From assembly GCA_027062325.1 (NCBI GenBank), contig JAMOTN010000079.1, forward strand, positions 361 through 64,360: 64,000 nucleotides of DNA, written 5' to 3'. The stretch is from a bacterium. Its GTDB lineage: Bacteria; JAMOTN01. A program made the translations under genes and the position numbers. This document shows positions 20,232 through 29,927 of the stretch, piece after piece. The stretch's first letter is position 1. Every line of letters starts with the position of its first letter. The notes below the pieces were generated by a model. It was not told the origin of the DNA and did no database searches. It saw only the letters and a program-made list of their open reading frames with translations.

Positions 20232-22166
20232 TCACTCCTTTATGTGGTAAAATGCTGCAAATTCTTCATAAAATTCCTTAACCTTTATAAGAAGATCCAC
20301 ACGTGCCATCCTTTCAATCTCATTTTGAGATAAAACCATAAATTTATCGAAAAATTGTGCAACCAATTCCCCAAGTCTCTCAAGCCTATCCAACACCAAA
20401 TTGGAATTTTCAAAAATGTCTGGTCTTATAAAATCGGAATCTATTAATTTAAGCATCTTCCCTTCTAACTCAGAATAAGAATAAGAACTCAAAAGTTCAA
20501 CCAAGTTTTCCCCACTCTTTACTTTTTCAACAGTCTCAGAAGCAGCTTTGCTATCTAAAATTCTCTTAATTCTCTTGTAAGGATAAACCAGTTTATCAAT
20601 CCTTTCTTCATCTCTTGCACGTTGCAATAACTCCCCAAATTCAATGGAAAATTTATACCCGTACTTTGATTCTAGCACAGCCATAGCTATATCGGTATCA
20701 AACTTCTCTTTAAACAACCCTAATAACCTTTCTTTAAAAAACTCAAACCCTTTCTCACCCAACTGTTCTCTCAAGAAAGCAACAGGTAAATTCAAAGCGC
20801 CTAATAAAATCCCCAACGTCAAAGCTGCTCTTCTAAAACCAAATGGATCCTTTCCCCCTTTAGGCAACAAATCATTTTCAGCAGCAATTTTGATAAGCGT
20901 CATTTTATAGGCAACTGCAGCAGGAACATATTCCATAGGAGGTAGCTCATCTGCTCGAGTTTTGGGAACATCGTGATATAGCACAACCCTTGCCATCTTC
21001 TCGTCGTATCCCCTTTCTTTCAAATAAAGATACCCAACAAAGTTTTCAAGTTCAGGAAACTCAGAAACAAGACGCGTTTCAAGATCAAATTTAGAATACT
21101 TTAAACCCTCGTAAAGCCAATCTTCAACATCAAGATACTCTGCTAAAAGCTCCAGCATTTTAAGAGAAGCAGTTACCAAGTTTGAGACACTTCCTACTCT
21201 TTTATGAAATATCCTATCATCCAACTTCTTCTGCCAGTAATCAATATCGTACCTTTTATCCCAATTGTAGTAAAACAAAGCATCTTCAAGACGTGCTTCA
21301 ACCACTTTCTCATAACCTTTTCTAACAATAGCACTGTCAATGGGAGCCTCTGCCACTCCCGCAAATTCTCCTCCACCACAGTAGAAAAACTTTTGGGTAT
21401 CTTTCAACACAACTTTTTTCACTTCATCTGGCAATACCTCAAACTTTGAGGCAATATTTCCCTTAACAATCACCGGATCCTCAACACTGTATAGCACCTC
21501 TTCAAAGTGCTCTTCACTACTAAACTCAGTAAGAGCTTCTGCACGCTTTTTTACATCAACTCGATCCCCAAACCTCTCTTTTAATTCTTCTAAATTTTTA
21601 GGCAATTCAACAAAATCAAACCATGTAACTGGATACTCTCTCAAATCATAAAGGTAAAACTTAACTCCATCATCACTCCAAACATTCACAGCTCTTACCG
21701 GCCTTGGAAAACTAAAATCTGCTGTCCACCTCATACCTTTGGGAAACTCAAGTTTTTTAAGAACCTCAAAAACCTTATTTCCAACAAGATCTGCAACATC
21801 CTCACCACCAGTCTCAATCTCAAAAGCAAGATATTCACGCCCATTTTTCTCAATCCATATTGCACTCTCCAAATCCCTTCCTACCTTTTCTGCAAACTTT
21901 TCGGCCGCTTTTTGCCAAACTCCGTCTTTGAGGGCAACATTTTTAGGTGGTCCAGATACAATCTCTTTCCTCCTTGGAGTCAACCTTTGCGATCTCCATG
22001 AAAGCCAAAATCTTCTCAATGAAATCTCCAATTTTTTATCCTCTGCCTCAACTCCAAGTTCATCTAACCATCCAAACCAATCAAAACTTCTTAGCACTTT
22101 TATAAAACGCAGAGGCATCTCCTCAAAGAGAATTTCCAAAAGAAACACATTCTTTTCTTCTACCAT
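20232..22166 (-). CDS. glyS: glycine--tRNA ligase beta subunit
   Basis: KGGKDPFGFRRAALTLG (DPF..RR motif of GlyS); downstream of glyQ. Confidence 0.8.
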   Translation of the reverse strand: MVEEKNVFLLEILFEEMPLRFIKVLRSFDWFGWLDELGVEAEDKKLEISLRRFWLSWRSQRLTPRRKEIVSGPPKNVALKDGVWQKAAEKFAEKVGRDLESAIWIEKNGREYLAFEIETGGEDVADLVGNKVFEVLKKLEFPKGMRWTADFSFPRPVRAVNVWSDDGVKFYLYDLREYPVTWFDFVELPKNLEELKERFGDRVDVKKRAEALTEFSSEEHFEEVLYSVEDPVIVKGNIASKFEVLPDEVKKVVLKDTQKFFYCGGGEFAGVAEAPIDSAIVRKGYEKVVEARLEDALFYYNWDKRYDIDYWQKKLDDRIFHKRVGSVSNLVTASLKMLELLAEYLDVEDWLYEGLKYSKFDLETRLVSEFPELENFVGYLYLKERGYDEKMARVVLYHDVPKTRADELPPMEYVPAAVAYKMTLIKIAAENDLLPKGGKDPFGFRRAALTLGILLGALNLPVAFLREQLGEKGFEFFKERLLGLFKEKFDTDIAMAVLESKYGYKFSIEFGELLQRARDEERIDKLVYPYKRIKRILDSKAASETVEKVKSGENLVELLSSYSYSELEGKMLKLIDSDFIRPDIFENSNLVLDRLERLGELVAQFFDKFMVLSQNEIERMARVDLLIKVKEFYEEFAAFYHIKE

Positions 22167-22202
22167 TCTAATCGCCTCCTAAAACCGTACCCCTCTTGCT
22201 AC

Positions 22203-23075
22203 TTAACCTTCTTTGAAAACTTTTGCAAATTCGGAAGCCATCTTCATAACACGCTTTATGTAATTAGCCCTTTCAACAGTAGACAAAAAACCTCTAGAAT
22301 CCAATAAGTTGAAAAAGTGTGAACACTTCATAACAAATTCATACAATACAAGAGGAACGTCTTCAATCCTCTTAACATTCTTCCAGAATTCCGCCTCATT
22401 CAACTCAAACTCTTTCATCAAAAATTCCTTAGAAGCCATCTCAAAATTGTATATACAAAACTGTTCCTCACTATCTCTCACCAAATCACCGTACCTGTAA
22501 TTCTCATCCCAAGGAATGTCGTAAACCGTCTCCTTACCATTTATAAACATGGCAATTCTTTCAAGCCCATAAGTAATCTCCAGAGCAGGTACTTTAAGAT
22601 CACGCCCACCTACCTGTTGGAAATAAGTGAACTGCGTAATCTCCATACCATCTAACCAAATTTCCCAACCAAGCCCCCACGCACCAAGAGTTGGCGATTC
22701 CCAGTCATCCTCTATCAACCTTAAATCATGAACTTTCAAATCTATTCCCAATTTCCTCAAACTATCAGCGTACAACTTTATACTGTTCTCCGGAATTGGC
22801 TTCAGAATAACCTGGTACTGATAATATTTTTGCAACCTATTCGGATTTTCTCCATACCTCCCATCAGCTGGTCTTCTACATGGCTCAATGTAAGCCACTT
22901 TCCACTCTTTCTTCCTTAAAACTTCTAAAAAAGTAGCCGGTGAAAAAGTTGCAGCACCTTTTTCTAAATCGTAGGGATATATAACGGTTACTCCTTGATT
23001 CCTCCAATATTCGTTTAATTTATTTATCATATCAATAAAGGTAAGCATTCCAACCCCTCCCAGTTTCAAAATCAC
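22203..23075 (-). CDS. glyQ: glycine--tRNA ligase alpha subunit
   Basis: [38 protein letters not shown] closely matches the conserved GlyQ N-terminus; ~290 aa. Confidence 0.9.
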   Translation of the reverse strand: MILKLGGVGMLTFIDMINKLNEYWRNQGVTVIYPYDLEKGAATFSPATFLEVLRKKEWKVAYIEPCRRPADGRYGENPNRLQKYYQYQVILKPIPENSIKLYADSLRKLGIDLKVHDLRLIEDDWESPTLGAWGLGWEIWLDGMEITQFTYFQQVGGRDLKVPALEITYGLERIAMFINGKETVYDIPWDENYRYGDLVRDSEEQFCIYNFEMASKEFLMKEFELNEAEFWKNVKRIEDVPLVLYEFVMKCSHFFNLLDSRGFLSTVERANYIKRVMKMASEFAKVFKEG

Positions 23076-25603
23076 TCAATAGAAGCTATGATAACTGCAA
23101 GTTTTCTAGCCTTTGGATTATGCGGCTCTTTATCAAATACTTGTCCCAACAGCTCACGCGCAAGTTTTCTTTCAGTCGGAAAATCTTCAATGAATTTTTC
23201 AATCTCATCCAAAGCAACATCTATCTTATCATCCAAAATCAAAAGCTTAATAAACTCCACTCTCCATCTCGGATTAGAGGGATAAAGTTTCATCAACTTT
23301 GTAACCCATTTCATCGCATCTTCATATCTTTTTCTCACGCGGTAAACATTTATCATCGTCTCTATATCATCAGAGCTTAACTCAACATCAAGCTCCACCA
23401 ACCTATCGTAAACCTTCTCCAAAACTCCAATATCCTCCTCTGCTAAAGCTGCTTCTTTCAACCACTTTAAAAACTCCTCTTCCTTCTCAGGAGGCACAGT
23501 AGAGTTAACCCAAACGTGCTTTAAAATCTCCAGCGCACGCGCATAATTTTTCAGCTTAAACAAAACTTTTATAAGTTTTTCCAAATACACATATTCTAAG
23601 CTTTTAAGATAAAGCACTTCTAATAGGAGAATACCCTCTGAAAATTTACCATTATTTATCTTTGCTTCCGCCAATAATTTCAAATACTCTTCACTTTCCG
23701 GATCTACATACTTTAACGCCTCTTCTGCAACTCTTTCCAATTCACTCCACTCAACATCTGAACGCTCTAAATTTTTCAACTTCTTTTTTATAACAGCAGC
23801 TTTTAACTTTATATATGCAAATGGAAGTACAATAGAGAATATCACAACTGCACCAGCTATCTTCAAGAAAATTTCTTTTAATTTTTTTACGGATTCAAGC
23901 AACCTCTTTTCTTTCCTAGTTACATCGTAGTAATTCTTCAAACCATCCTCTTCAAAATGTTTAAAAAACACCCTCTTCAACTTATTAAACTTACCCTCTG
24001 CATTTTTCTTCATCTTCAACAAAACTTCAATAGAAGCCTCACATTTTATCATAGAATCAGAACAATACTCCCTTTTAAGCTCTTCAAGTAAAGATTTAAA
24101 CTTTCCAAATTCTCCCTTTGATAGCAGCCGCTTTGCCTCATTGTACAAACTCCTAAACTTCTCTCTCTTTTGCTTCAGCAACTTATCCAACTTCTCCAAA
24201 CCTTCAGAATACGAAGTCTTCTCAAAAAGCTCCTTAGCTTTATTAAAGTTACCCATTTCCAAATATATCTTTCCCAATTCTACCTTAGCCCATTGATCAT
24301 CAACTTCACTCAAAAATTTTATCCTCTTCTTAACGTCAAACTCAGCAGGATCCAAATATTTAATTAAAACCCGATAAACTTTTTCAGTCCTATTGGAAAA
24401 CGCTATTCTTATAGCATCTTTATCCCGTCCAACCAAAACATTAACCAAGCAAACAAATTCTGGCCTTCTTTTTTCCAATTTCCTCATATATTCAGCAACT
24501 TCTGGATAATTCATTGCAACCTTGTAAAACCTTCTCAAAGCCTTCAGATCTGTCTCAGCAGTGGAGTACTTCGCAGCTTCCAATAACCACTTATCCCCAA
24601 ATTCCAAGGTCTTAGCTAGCCACTCAAACCTCTCAGCATCAGTTCGGGAATAATCCGCCCTCAAAAGATACACGTAGGGATTCTTCAAACCCTTAAAAAC
24701 TTTCATTTGGTTTCGAGCAAACTTTTTTAATCCCAACTTATTTGCCAAATAAGCTATTTTAGGAAGATAAAAATATCCAATCTTCCCCATATTTCTCTTC
24801 ACAAATATTTCAAATTCATTTTTCTTACCCTGGGAAGCTAAAACCTCAGCAAACTCCACTACAACCTCCATAAGCAATCTTTTCCTTAGAATATTCGCAA
24901 GTATAGCTGTCGCTTCTCGATACTTACCCATAAACTTTAAAAGCCTAGCCTTGGCAAAAAAATAGAACCAACTGGCATTGTCAGGGTAATTTGTCTCTAG
25001 GATCGTCATTAGAGATTTTGAAACTTTATAAGCATCTTTTAAAAACTCCAACTTGTAAATTAACCACGCAAATATTTCAGGATACGCATCTGCTTCCGAC
25101 ATAAGAGTAGAATAACTAACCTTTAAAAGTCCCGTACATGAAGCCAATCCAGCCCTCAATAACTTCTCAGACAAATTAAAGGCCTGCAATTCATAAACAG
25201 CTTCAACGAACTTTTCTGGAAACATCAACGCATCCAAGTATTTGTAATGTTTATCGGTTATATACTTTTTTAGTAATAAGCTCCTAGCCATAAGAGAAAT
25301 CCCTACACAGTACTCAGAAAGCAATTCTTTATTTTTCACGTTTATCTTTGGAACTCCACTCAACTCATCTCGATGGAGTTTTGGATTATTCGGAAAAGCC
25401 AAAAACACCGTAAATATGAAATCTATAAAGTGCTTTTCATCGGGAAACTTCTTAAGAAGTAACCTCTTCCAAAACAATCTCTTCTCCAAATCTAACTTCG
25501 CATTTTGAAGTCTCAACTGCAAATTACTTACTTCATCCAACGCTCCTATACAAAAAACAAATAATAAAACCGCCAAAACAACGCATCTCACTACAAGCAC
25601 CAT
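23072..25603 (-). CDS. large TPR-like repeat membrane protein (843 aa), function unknown
   Basis: N-terminal TM, second TM near residue ~570, Lys/Glu-rich helical repeats; 4-nt overlap with the glyQ start. Confidence 0.5.
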   Translation of the reverse strand: MVLVVRCVVLAVLLFVFCIGALDEVSNLQLRLQNAKLDLEKRLFWKRLLLKKFPDEKHFIDFIFTVFLAFPNNPKLHRDELSGVPKINVKNKELLSEYCVGISLMARSLLLKKYITDKHYKYLDALMFPEKFVEAVYELQAFNLSEKLLRAGLASCTGLLKVSYSTLMSEADAYPEIFAWLIYKLEFLKDAYKVSKSLMTILETNYPDNASWFYFFAKARLLKFMGKYREATAILANILRKRLLMEVVVEFAEVLASQGKKNEFEIFVKRNMGKIGYFYLPKIAYLANKLGLKKFARNQMKVFKGLKNPYVYLLRADYSRTDAERFEWLAKTLEFGDKWLLEAAKYSTAETDLKALRRFYKVAMNYPEVAEYMRKLEKRRPEFVCLVNVLVGRDKDAIRIAFSNRTEKVYRVLIKYLDPAEFDVKKRIKFLSEVDDQWAKVELGKIYLEMGNFNKAKELFEKTSYSEGLEKLDKLLKQKREKFRSLYNEAKRLLSKGEFGKFKSLLEELKREYCSDSMIKCEASIEVLLKMKKNAEGKFNKLKRVFFKHFEEDGLKNYYDVTRKEKRLLESVKKLKEIFLKIAGAVVIFSIVLPFAYIKLKAAVIKKKLKNLERSDVEWSELERVAEEALKYVDPESEEYLKLLAEAKINNGKFSEGILLLEVLYLKSLEYVYLEKLIKVLFKLKNYARALEILKHVWVNSTVPPEKEEEFLKWLKEAALAEEDIGVLEKVYDRLVELDVELSSDDIETMINVYRVRKRYEDAMKWVTKLMKLYPSNPRWRVEFIKLLILDDKIDVALDEIEKFIEDFPTERKLARELLGQVFDKEPHNPKARKLAVIIASIE

Positions 25604-25619
25604 CTATCCCTCTCCGACT

Positions 25620-25919
25620 TTATCCTCCCTTTCTTTGATAAAAAGCAATTTTACGACCATCAAAGTCCACATCCTCTGTCATTTTTCTGCATTTATCCAT
25701 AGATACAAGCTCAATCTCATATTCTTTAGAAATTTCCTTTACAATTGAATGCAGCTCTTCAGAAGGCTTATCTTCACAAACGATTATTTTAACCTCTCCA
25801 TTCTCTACCTCCAAGCCTTCTCCTATAAACATTATCTTGGTTGCCCCTGCAAACTTAAGTTTTTCAACAACATCCATCAACAACTTCTTAAAACTTCTAC
25901 TTTTTCCTTTAACAACCAT
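25620..25919 (-). CDS. hypothetical small protein (99 aa)
   Basis: ORF 17 nt upstream of the TPR gene; no recognisable motif. Confidence 0.35.
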   Translation of the reverse strand: MVVKGKSRSFKKLLMDVVEKLKFAGATKIMFIGEGLEVENGEVKIIVCEDKPSEELHSIVKEISKEYEIELVSMDKCRKMTEDVDFDGRKIAFYQRKGG

Positions 25920-25955
25920 ATTAACCCTCTCCCCCTCAAAACAAATAAATTCGAG

Positions 25956-26029
25956 TGCGCCTGCCGGGACTTGAACCCGGAACCCCCAGCTCCGGAGGCT
26001 GGTGCTCTATCCAGTTGAGCTACAGGCGC
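25956..26029 (-). tRNA. tRNA-Arg (anticodon CCG)
   Basis: reverse complement folds as a cloverleaf: acceptor GCGCCUG/CAGGCGC, D-arm GCUC/GAGC, anticodon stem CCAGC/GCUGG with loop CUCCGGA, T-arm CCGGG-UUCAAGU-CCCGG, discriminator A; CCA not encoded. Confidence 0.85.
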
Positions 26030-26047
26030 ACCCTCATACTTTTCAAA

Positions 26048-26671
26048 CTAAAATTTTTTCATTACGCCTACTCTGAAAAAAGTCTCCTCCATATCCTCAT
26101 TTGTCGCTCCATCATCATCGTAATCCCTGTAAGCTGCCTCTATAAACAATGAAACATCCCTGTTGGTAAAAACCTTACCGCTGATAAACTTTACTCCAAC
26201 TCCCCAAAAATCCCAATCAATATCTCCACTCTCAGCTCCACCATATTCACCATACACCTCAACAGTGGAACCTGTAACTTCACGAACCCAATAAACCCTG
26301 AAAGCTCCACTCTCAAAGTCAGAAGAGTTATCTATGTCCCATTTTCTGTACAATCCCCCAACCCAAAGAGTAGAATCTTCTCTCATTTCATCTATCCTGA
26401 CTCTCCCTTCAAACTCAAAAACGGTGGTATCTTCGCTCTTTTCTGCTACTCCAGGAGCATCCACATCAGTCTGTCCAAATGCAACGCTTCCCATCACAGC
26501 TATATTGTCTTTAGCAAACTTTGCGTAAAGCTCTCCCCCATCAAACTGCAATTTAGTTCCCGCTCCATCCGGATCAAGATTTGAATAATAATAGTTAATA
26601 CCCGCATCAAAAGCAAACCCTGCACCTGCTATCAATAACAATCCCACCAGCACCAGCCTGATTAACTTCAT
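26048..26671 (-). CDS. outer-membrane beta-barrel protein (small OMP)
   Basis: signal peptide MKLIRLVLVGLLLIAGAGFA; alternating aromatic/hydrophobic strands; C-terminal ...VGVMKKF ending in Phe (OMP signature). Start trimmed to the internal Met to remove a 110-nt overlap. Confidence 0.55.
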   Translation of the reverse strand: MKLIRLVLVGLLLIAGAGFAFDAGINYYYSNLDPDGAGTKLQFDGGELYAKFAKDNIAVMGSVAFGQTDVDAPGVAEKSEDTTVFEFEGRVRIDEMREDSTLWVGGLYRKWDIDNSSDFESGAFRVYWVREVTGSTVEVYGEYGGAESGDIDWDFWGVGVKFISGKVFTNRDVSLFIEAAYRDYDDDGATNEDMEETFFRVGVMKKF

Positions 26672-26723
26672 TCCAACCCCTCCCATTCCAATAATTATTG
26701 CATAAGCATTTATAATAGTTTGT

Positions 26724-27884
26724 TTACCACAATTCTCTAAACTTTGAAAGCTTTTTCTTAAACCTCTGCAGCACAACTTCATCAACTTCCACTTCAAGAT
26801 TCTCCTCAATAGTGTCCACATATCTTGCCACAAAATCCTTTATACCAACCCTATCAAACTCATACATCACCTTTACTGCTCCCTTTAAAGCTAAAGAGCT
26901 TATAACTTTCCAAAAGTCCTCTATACCAATATCCTCTACAGCCTGCACTATATACCTTAATTCTGTAAATACCTCTTCCCATACATGTTCTCTATTATAT
27001 CCCCGTCTCACTAGTTCATCATACACAGCCTTTATGAGGTAAAACACTCCCCCACATAACACCAATGCCTCAGTACTCAAATCCACAACAGCTTCAGCTT
27101 TAGCCGGATTATTTGAATAATGAAATGCTCGCTTCGGTTTCAAAGCCGCCATAAACCACTTCAATTTATCAGAAGCAAATCCTGTTCTATCCTTCTCAAC
27201 TCCAACAACAGCGGCCCAATCCTCCATCTCAAGGCGAGAAGCTATAACTTTAGGAGCAAATATTAGCACATCACTTTCTTCTATCTCCAACTTTTCAGGA
27301 TACCTAGCTGGAGTAAATCCACATAAAAAAACTAGTGCCTTTTTTCTCAAAGCATCTGCATTTTTTTCTATAAACTCAACATGTCTCTCATCCGGAAATG
27401 CAAAAACAACAAAGTCAGAATCATCTTTATAAAACTCCTCTACAGTCCTTGCTGTGTAACCACTCTCTTTAAGATTTTCTGCCACCTCTTTTCGGGGCAC
27501 ATAAATTCTAACCCGTGCCCCAGATTTCATCAAAATCTTACTGAAAACCTTTCCCATATTTCCGTAGCCAACTATTGCAACTCTATCCATAAAATCTATT
27601 CTCATAAAAGAATGATCAGATATTCTTTCCAATACCTCACGCGTAAAACCTATGGCCTTAAATGACAAGTCCTCATTCACCACATCCAAAGCTAACGCAT
27701 CAGCTTCCTTTAAAATTTCCGAAAAAGCAAAGTAGAAGTTTTCTCCGTATTTAGGATACGAATTTACAAAAATTACCTCTCCTATATCTTTTCCACGAAT
27801 AATACTAGCTTTTACCTTTTCCCAATCCCTTCTAGTCTTAACAACTACTCTTTTTACCTCACTACTTCCTACACTTTCTACCAC
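26724..27884 (-). CDS. ketol-acid reductoisomerase-like NAD(P)-binding oxidoreductase with N-terminal extension
   Basis: VAIVGYGNMGKVFSKIL (GYGSQG-like Rossmann loop), FPDE, VDLSTEALVLCGGVFYLIKAVYDELVRRGY resembling the KARI knotted domain (ETDLFGEQAVLCGG...). Confidence 0.45.
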   Translation of the reverse strand: MVESVGSSEVKRVVVKTRRDWEKVKASIIRGKDIGEVIFVNSYPKYGENFYFAFSEILKEADALALDVVNEDLSFKAIGFTREVLERISDHSFMRIDFMDRVAIVGYGNMGKVFSKILMKSGARVRIYVPRKEVAENLKESGYTARTVEEFYKDDSDFVVFAFPDERHVEFIEKNADALRKKALVFLCGFTPARYPEKLEIEESDVLIFAPKVIASRLEMEDWAAVVGVEKDRTGFASDKLKWFMAALKPKRAFHYSNNPAKAEAVVDLSTEALVLCGGVFYLIKAVYDELVRRGYNREHVWEEVFTELRYIVQAVEDIGIEDFWKVISSLALKGAVKVMYEFDRVGIKDFVARYVDTIEENLEVEVDEVVLQRFKKKLSKFRELW

Positions 27885-27912
27885 TATCTACTACCCCTTC
27901 TCAAATAATTTT

Positions 27913-28965
27913 TTATCCAAACAATACCTTAAAGTCTTCATACTGGCTTATAGGAACAGTTTTTAACTCAGCAACAGCATCCTCGAGCGCAACATCAACA
28001 ACATCGCTACCATGCAAAGCTGCCATGCGCCCAAATTTTGAAGCAAGTACAAGCTCTCCTGCTTTTAAACCATATCTCAAACCAAGCATTCTATCAAAGG
28101 CACTTGGGGCACCTCCACGCTGAACATGTCCCAATATAACGCTTCTTACTTCTTTTTCTCCACGCTTTTTGAATTCCTTCTCAATTGCTTTGGCGATTCC
28201 ACCAAGTCTAACGTGTCCAAACTCATCAAGCTCTGTATCCTGCAATACTTCTCCTTCAGCAAGTCTTGCCCCTTCTGCCACTGCAATTATGGTGTAAACC
28301 TCTCCTCTCTCACGACGTCTTCTTACAACATCCACTAACTCATCTATCGTAAACGGCACCTCTGGAATAACAACATAATGAGCACCACCTGCAACTCCAC
28401 CGTAAAGAGCAAGCCATCCAGCATGCCTTCCCATTATCTCAACAATCATCGTTCTCTGATGAGAACGAGCAGTCGTGTGTAATCTATCCAAACTCTCTGC
28501 AATTATGTTGACCGCCGTGTCAAACCCAAAAGTTATGTCAGTCGCAGAAAGATCATTGTCAATAGTCTTTGGTACTCCAACTATTGGCAGCCCTTCCTCA
28601 TTTGAAAGCTTGTTCGCAACTCCAAGAGTATCCTCTCCACCTATTGCAACAAGCGCATCCAATCCCATCTTTTCAAAATTCTCAACAACTTTTTTTACAC
28701 CGTCTTCTTTTTTGTAGGGATTAGTACGTGAGGTAAATATTATAGTTCCACCTGTGCGATGAATATCTGATACATCTTCTCTTTTTAACTCAACATAGTC
28801 TCCTTCTATCATTCCAGCCCATCCTCTTCTTACTCCTATAACTTCCCAGCCTTCTGCCATGAGCCTTTCTGCAACCGCTCTTATCACCGCATTCAATCCA
28901 GGGCAATCTCCTCCACCTGTCAAAATTCCAACTCTCTTACCCATCATTATCCCTCCTTTGAACAA
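27913..28965 (-). CDS. pfp: 6-phosphofructokinase, probably pyrophosphate-dependent
   Basis: GILTGGGDCPGLNAVIR, IVEIMGRHAGWLAL; GGEDT (Asp at E. coli position 104) and PKTIDND (Lys at position 124) are the PPi-type signature residues. Confidence 0.8.
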   Translation of the reverse strand: MFKGGIMMGKRVGILTGGGDCPGLNAVIRAVAERLMAEGWEVIGVRRGWAGMIEGDYVELKREDVSDIHRTGGTIIFTSRTNPYKKEDGVKKVVENFEKMGLDALVAIGGEDTLGVANKLSNEEGLPIVGVPKTIDNDLSATDITFGFDTAVNIIAESLDRLHTTARSHQRTMIVEIMGRHAGWLALYGGVAGGAHYVVIPEVPFTIDELVDVVRRRRERGEVYTIIAVAEGARLAEGEVLQDTELDEFGHVRLGGIAKAIEKEFKKRGEKEVRSVILGHVQRGGAPSAFDRMLGLRYGLKAGELVLASKFGRMAALHGSDVVDVALEDAVAELKTVPISQYEDFKVLFG

Positions 28966-28995
28966 TTCTAATTTGTTAATGATTAGTTAATTCTC

Positions 28996-29445
28996 TCAAA
29001 TCCTTGCCTGTATTATCGCAGTAACTCCAACTCCAACTACCCTATTTGCCTTAAGAGGATTGGTTGAATCCACAGGAACAACTATCTTAACATCCCAACG
29101 TCCCTTCGTTTTAAAATCAGTCTGAATCATCATAACTGCTTTTACATCTTTCAACTTATCCTCCGGTCCAGACACCTGAGCCGCTCCAACGTAGGTTCTT
29201 TTATCAAAAGTTATCATAGGAACAACTTTCGTCATCTCCTTGGCAGCTAGTCCTCTATTGGCCGTAATTGTGTTTATAAAGTTATTCAATTCATCTGCTA
29301 TCTCCTTTATAACAGCAGCTGTAACAACCGTTTTGGCAGTTTTTCTAAAAAGATCCTTTAATTTAAATGCATTGGTAGTGTACGCAATAAACAACACCAT
29401 AACCATGAGCGAAGCAATCCACTTTCTCATAACCATCCCCTCCAA
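28996..29445 (-). CDS. hypothetical secreted protein
   Basis: signal peptide WIASLMVMVLFIAYTTNA; no catalytic motif. Confidence 0.35.
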   Translation of the reverse strand: MEGMVMRKWIASLMVMVLFIAYTTNAFKLKDLFRKTAKTVVTAAVIKEIADELNNFINTITANRGLAAKEMTKVVPMITFDKRTYVGAAQVSGPEDKLKDVKAVMMIQTDFKTKGRWDVKIVVPVDSTNPLKANRVVGVGVTAIIQARI

Positions 29446-29531
29446 TCACAAAACTATTACATGCAGTCTAATTATAGGCAAAACAACCACCAATATAATA
29501 ATACCAGCTAAAAAATAAATTTAAAAAGTGA

Positions 29532-29872
29532 AAAGCGGGTGGGCGGTAAGCCGGATTCTGTTATCGAGGAGCATCTGTCTGGGGAAAGAGTTGCCTCTTT
29601 CCTCAAGCGAGCCACCTGGAGTGTAGGCAGGAGCCAGCCCACTCCATTTGCTCTTGCTCAGGGCAGGGGTTACAGTGCCGTCGCTGCTTACGCAGGACGC
29701 GGTGGGCTCTTACCCCACCTTTTCACCTTTTCCCACTGAAAAACTCAGCAGGTAGTCTGTTTTCTGTTGCCCTTACCCATCGTCACCGATGCCGGCTTTT
29801 AACCGGTACCCGCTCCGTTCAGAGTCCGGACTTTCCTCTGGAAAATCCCAGCGCTCCTCTACCCACCCGCTA
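29532..29872 (-). ncRNA. rnpB: RNase P RNA, bacterial type A
   Basis: minus-strand transcript contains GGAAAGUCCGGACUC (P4 5' strand), GGUGAAAAGGUGGGGUAAGAGCCCACC (P10-P12 region), CAACAGAAAACAG and ACAGAAUCCGGCUUA (P4 3' strand); P1 pairs 5' GCGGGUGGG with 3' CCCACCCGC; ~340 nt; GC-rich island in an AT-rich genome. Confidence 0.9.
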
Positions 29873-29927
29873 TTAAATTATAAACAAAGAGCAGTTGCAG
29901 AAAGGCTCATAGCAGAAGGCTGGGAAG

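Noticed and set aside
29539-29739. 66-aa plus-strand ORF in the ORF track
   Set aside because: It lies entirely inside the RNase P RNA gene on the opposite strand. Its GC-rich composition reflects RNA structure, not coding.
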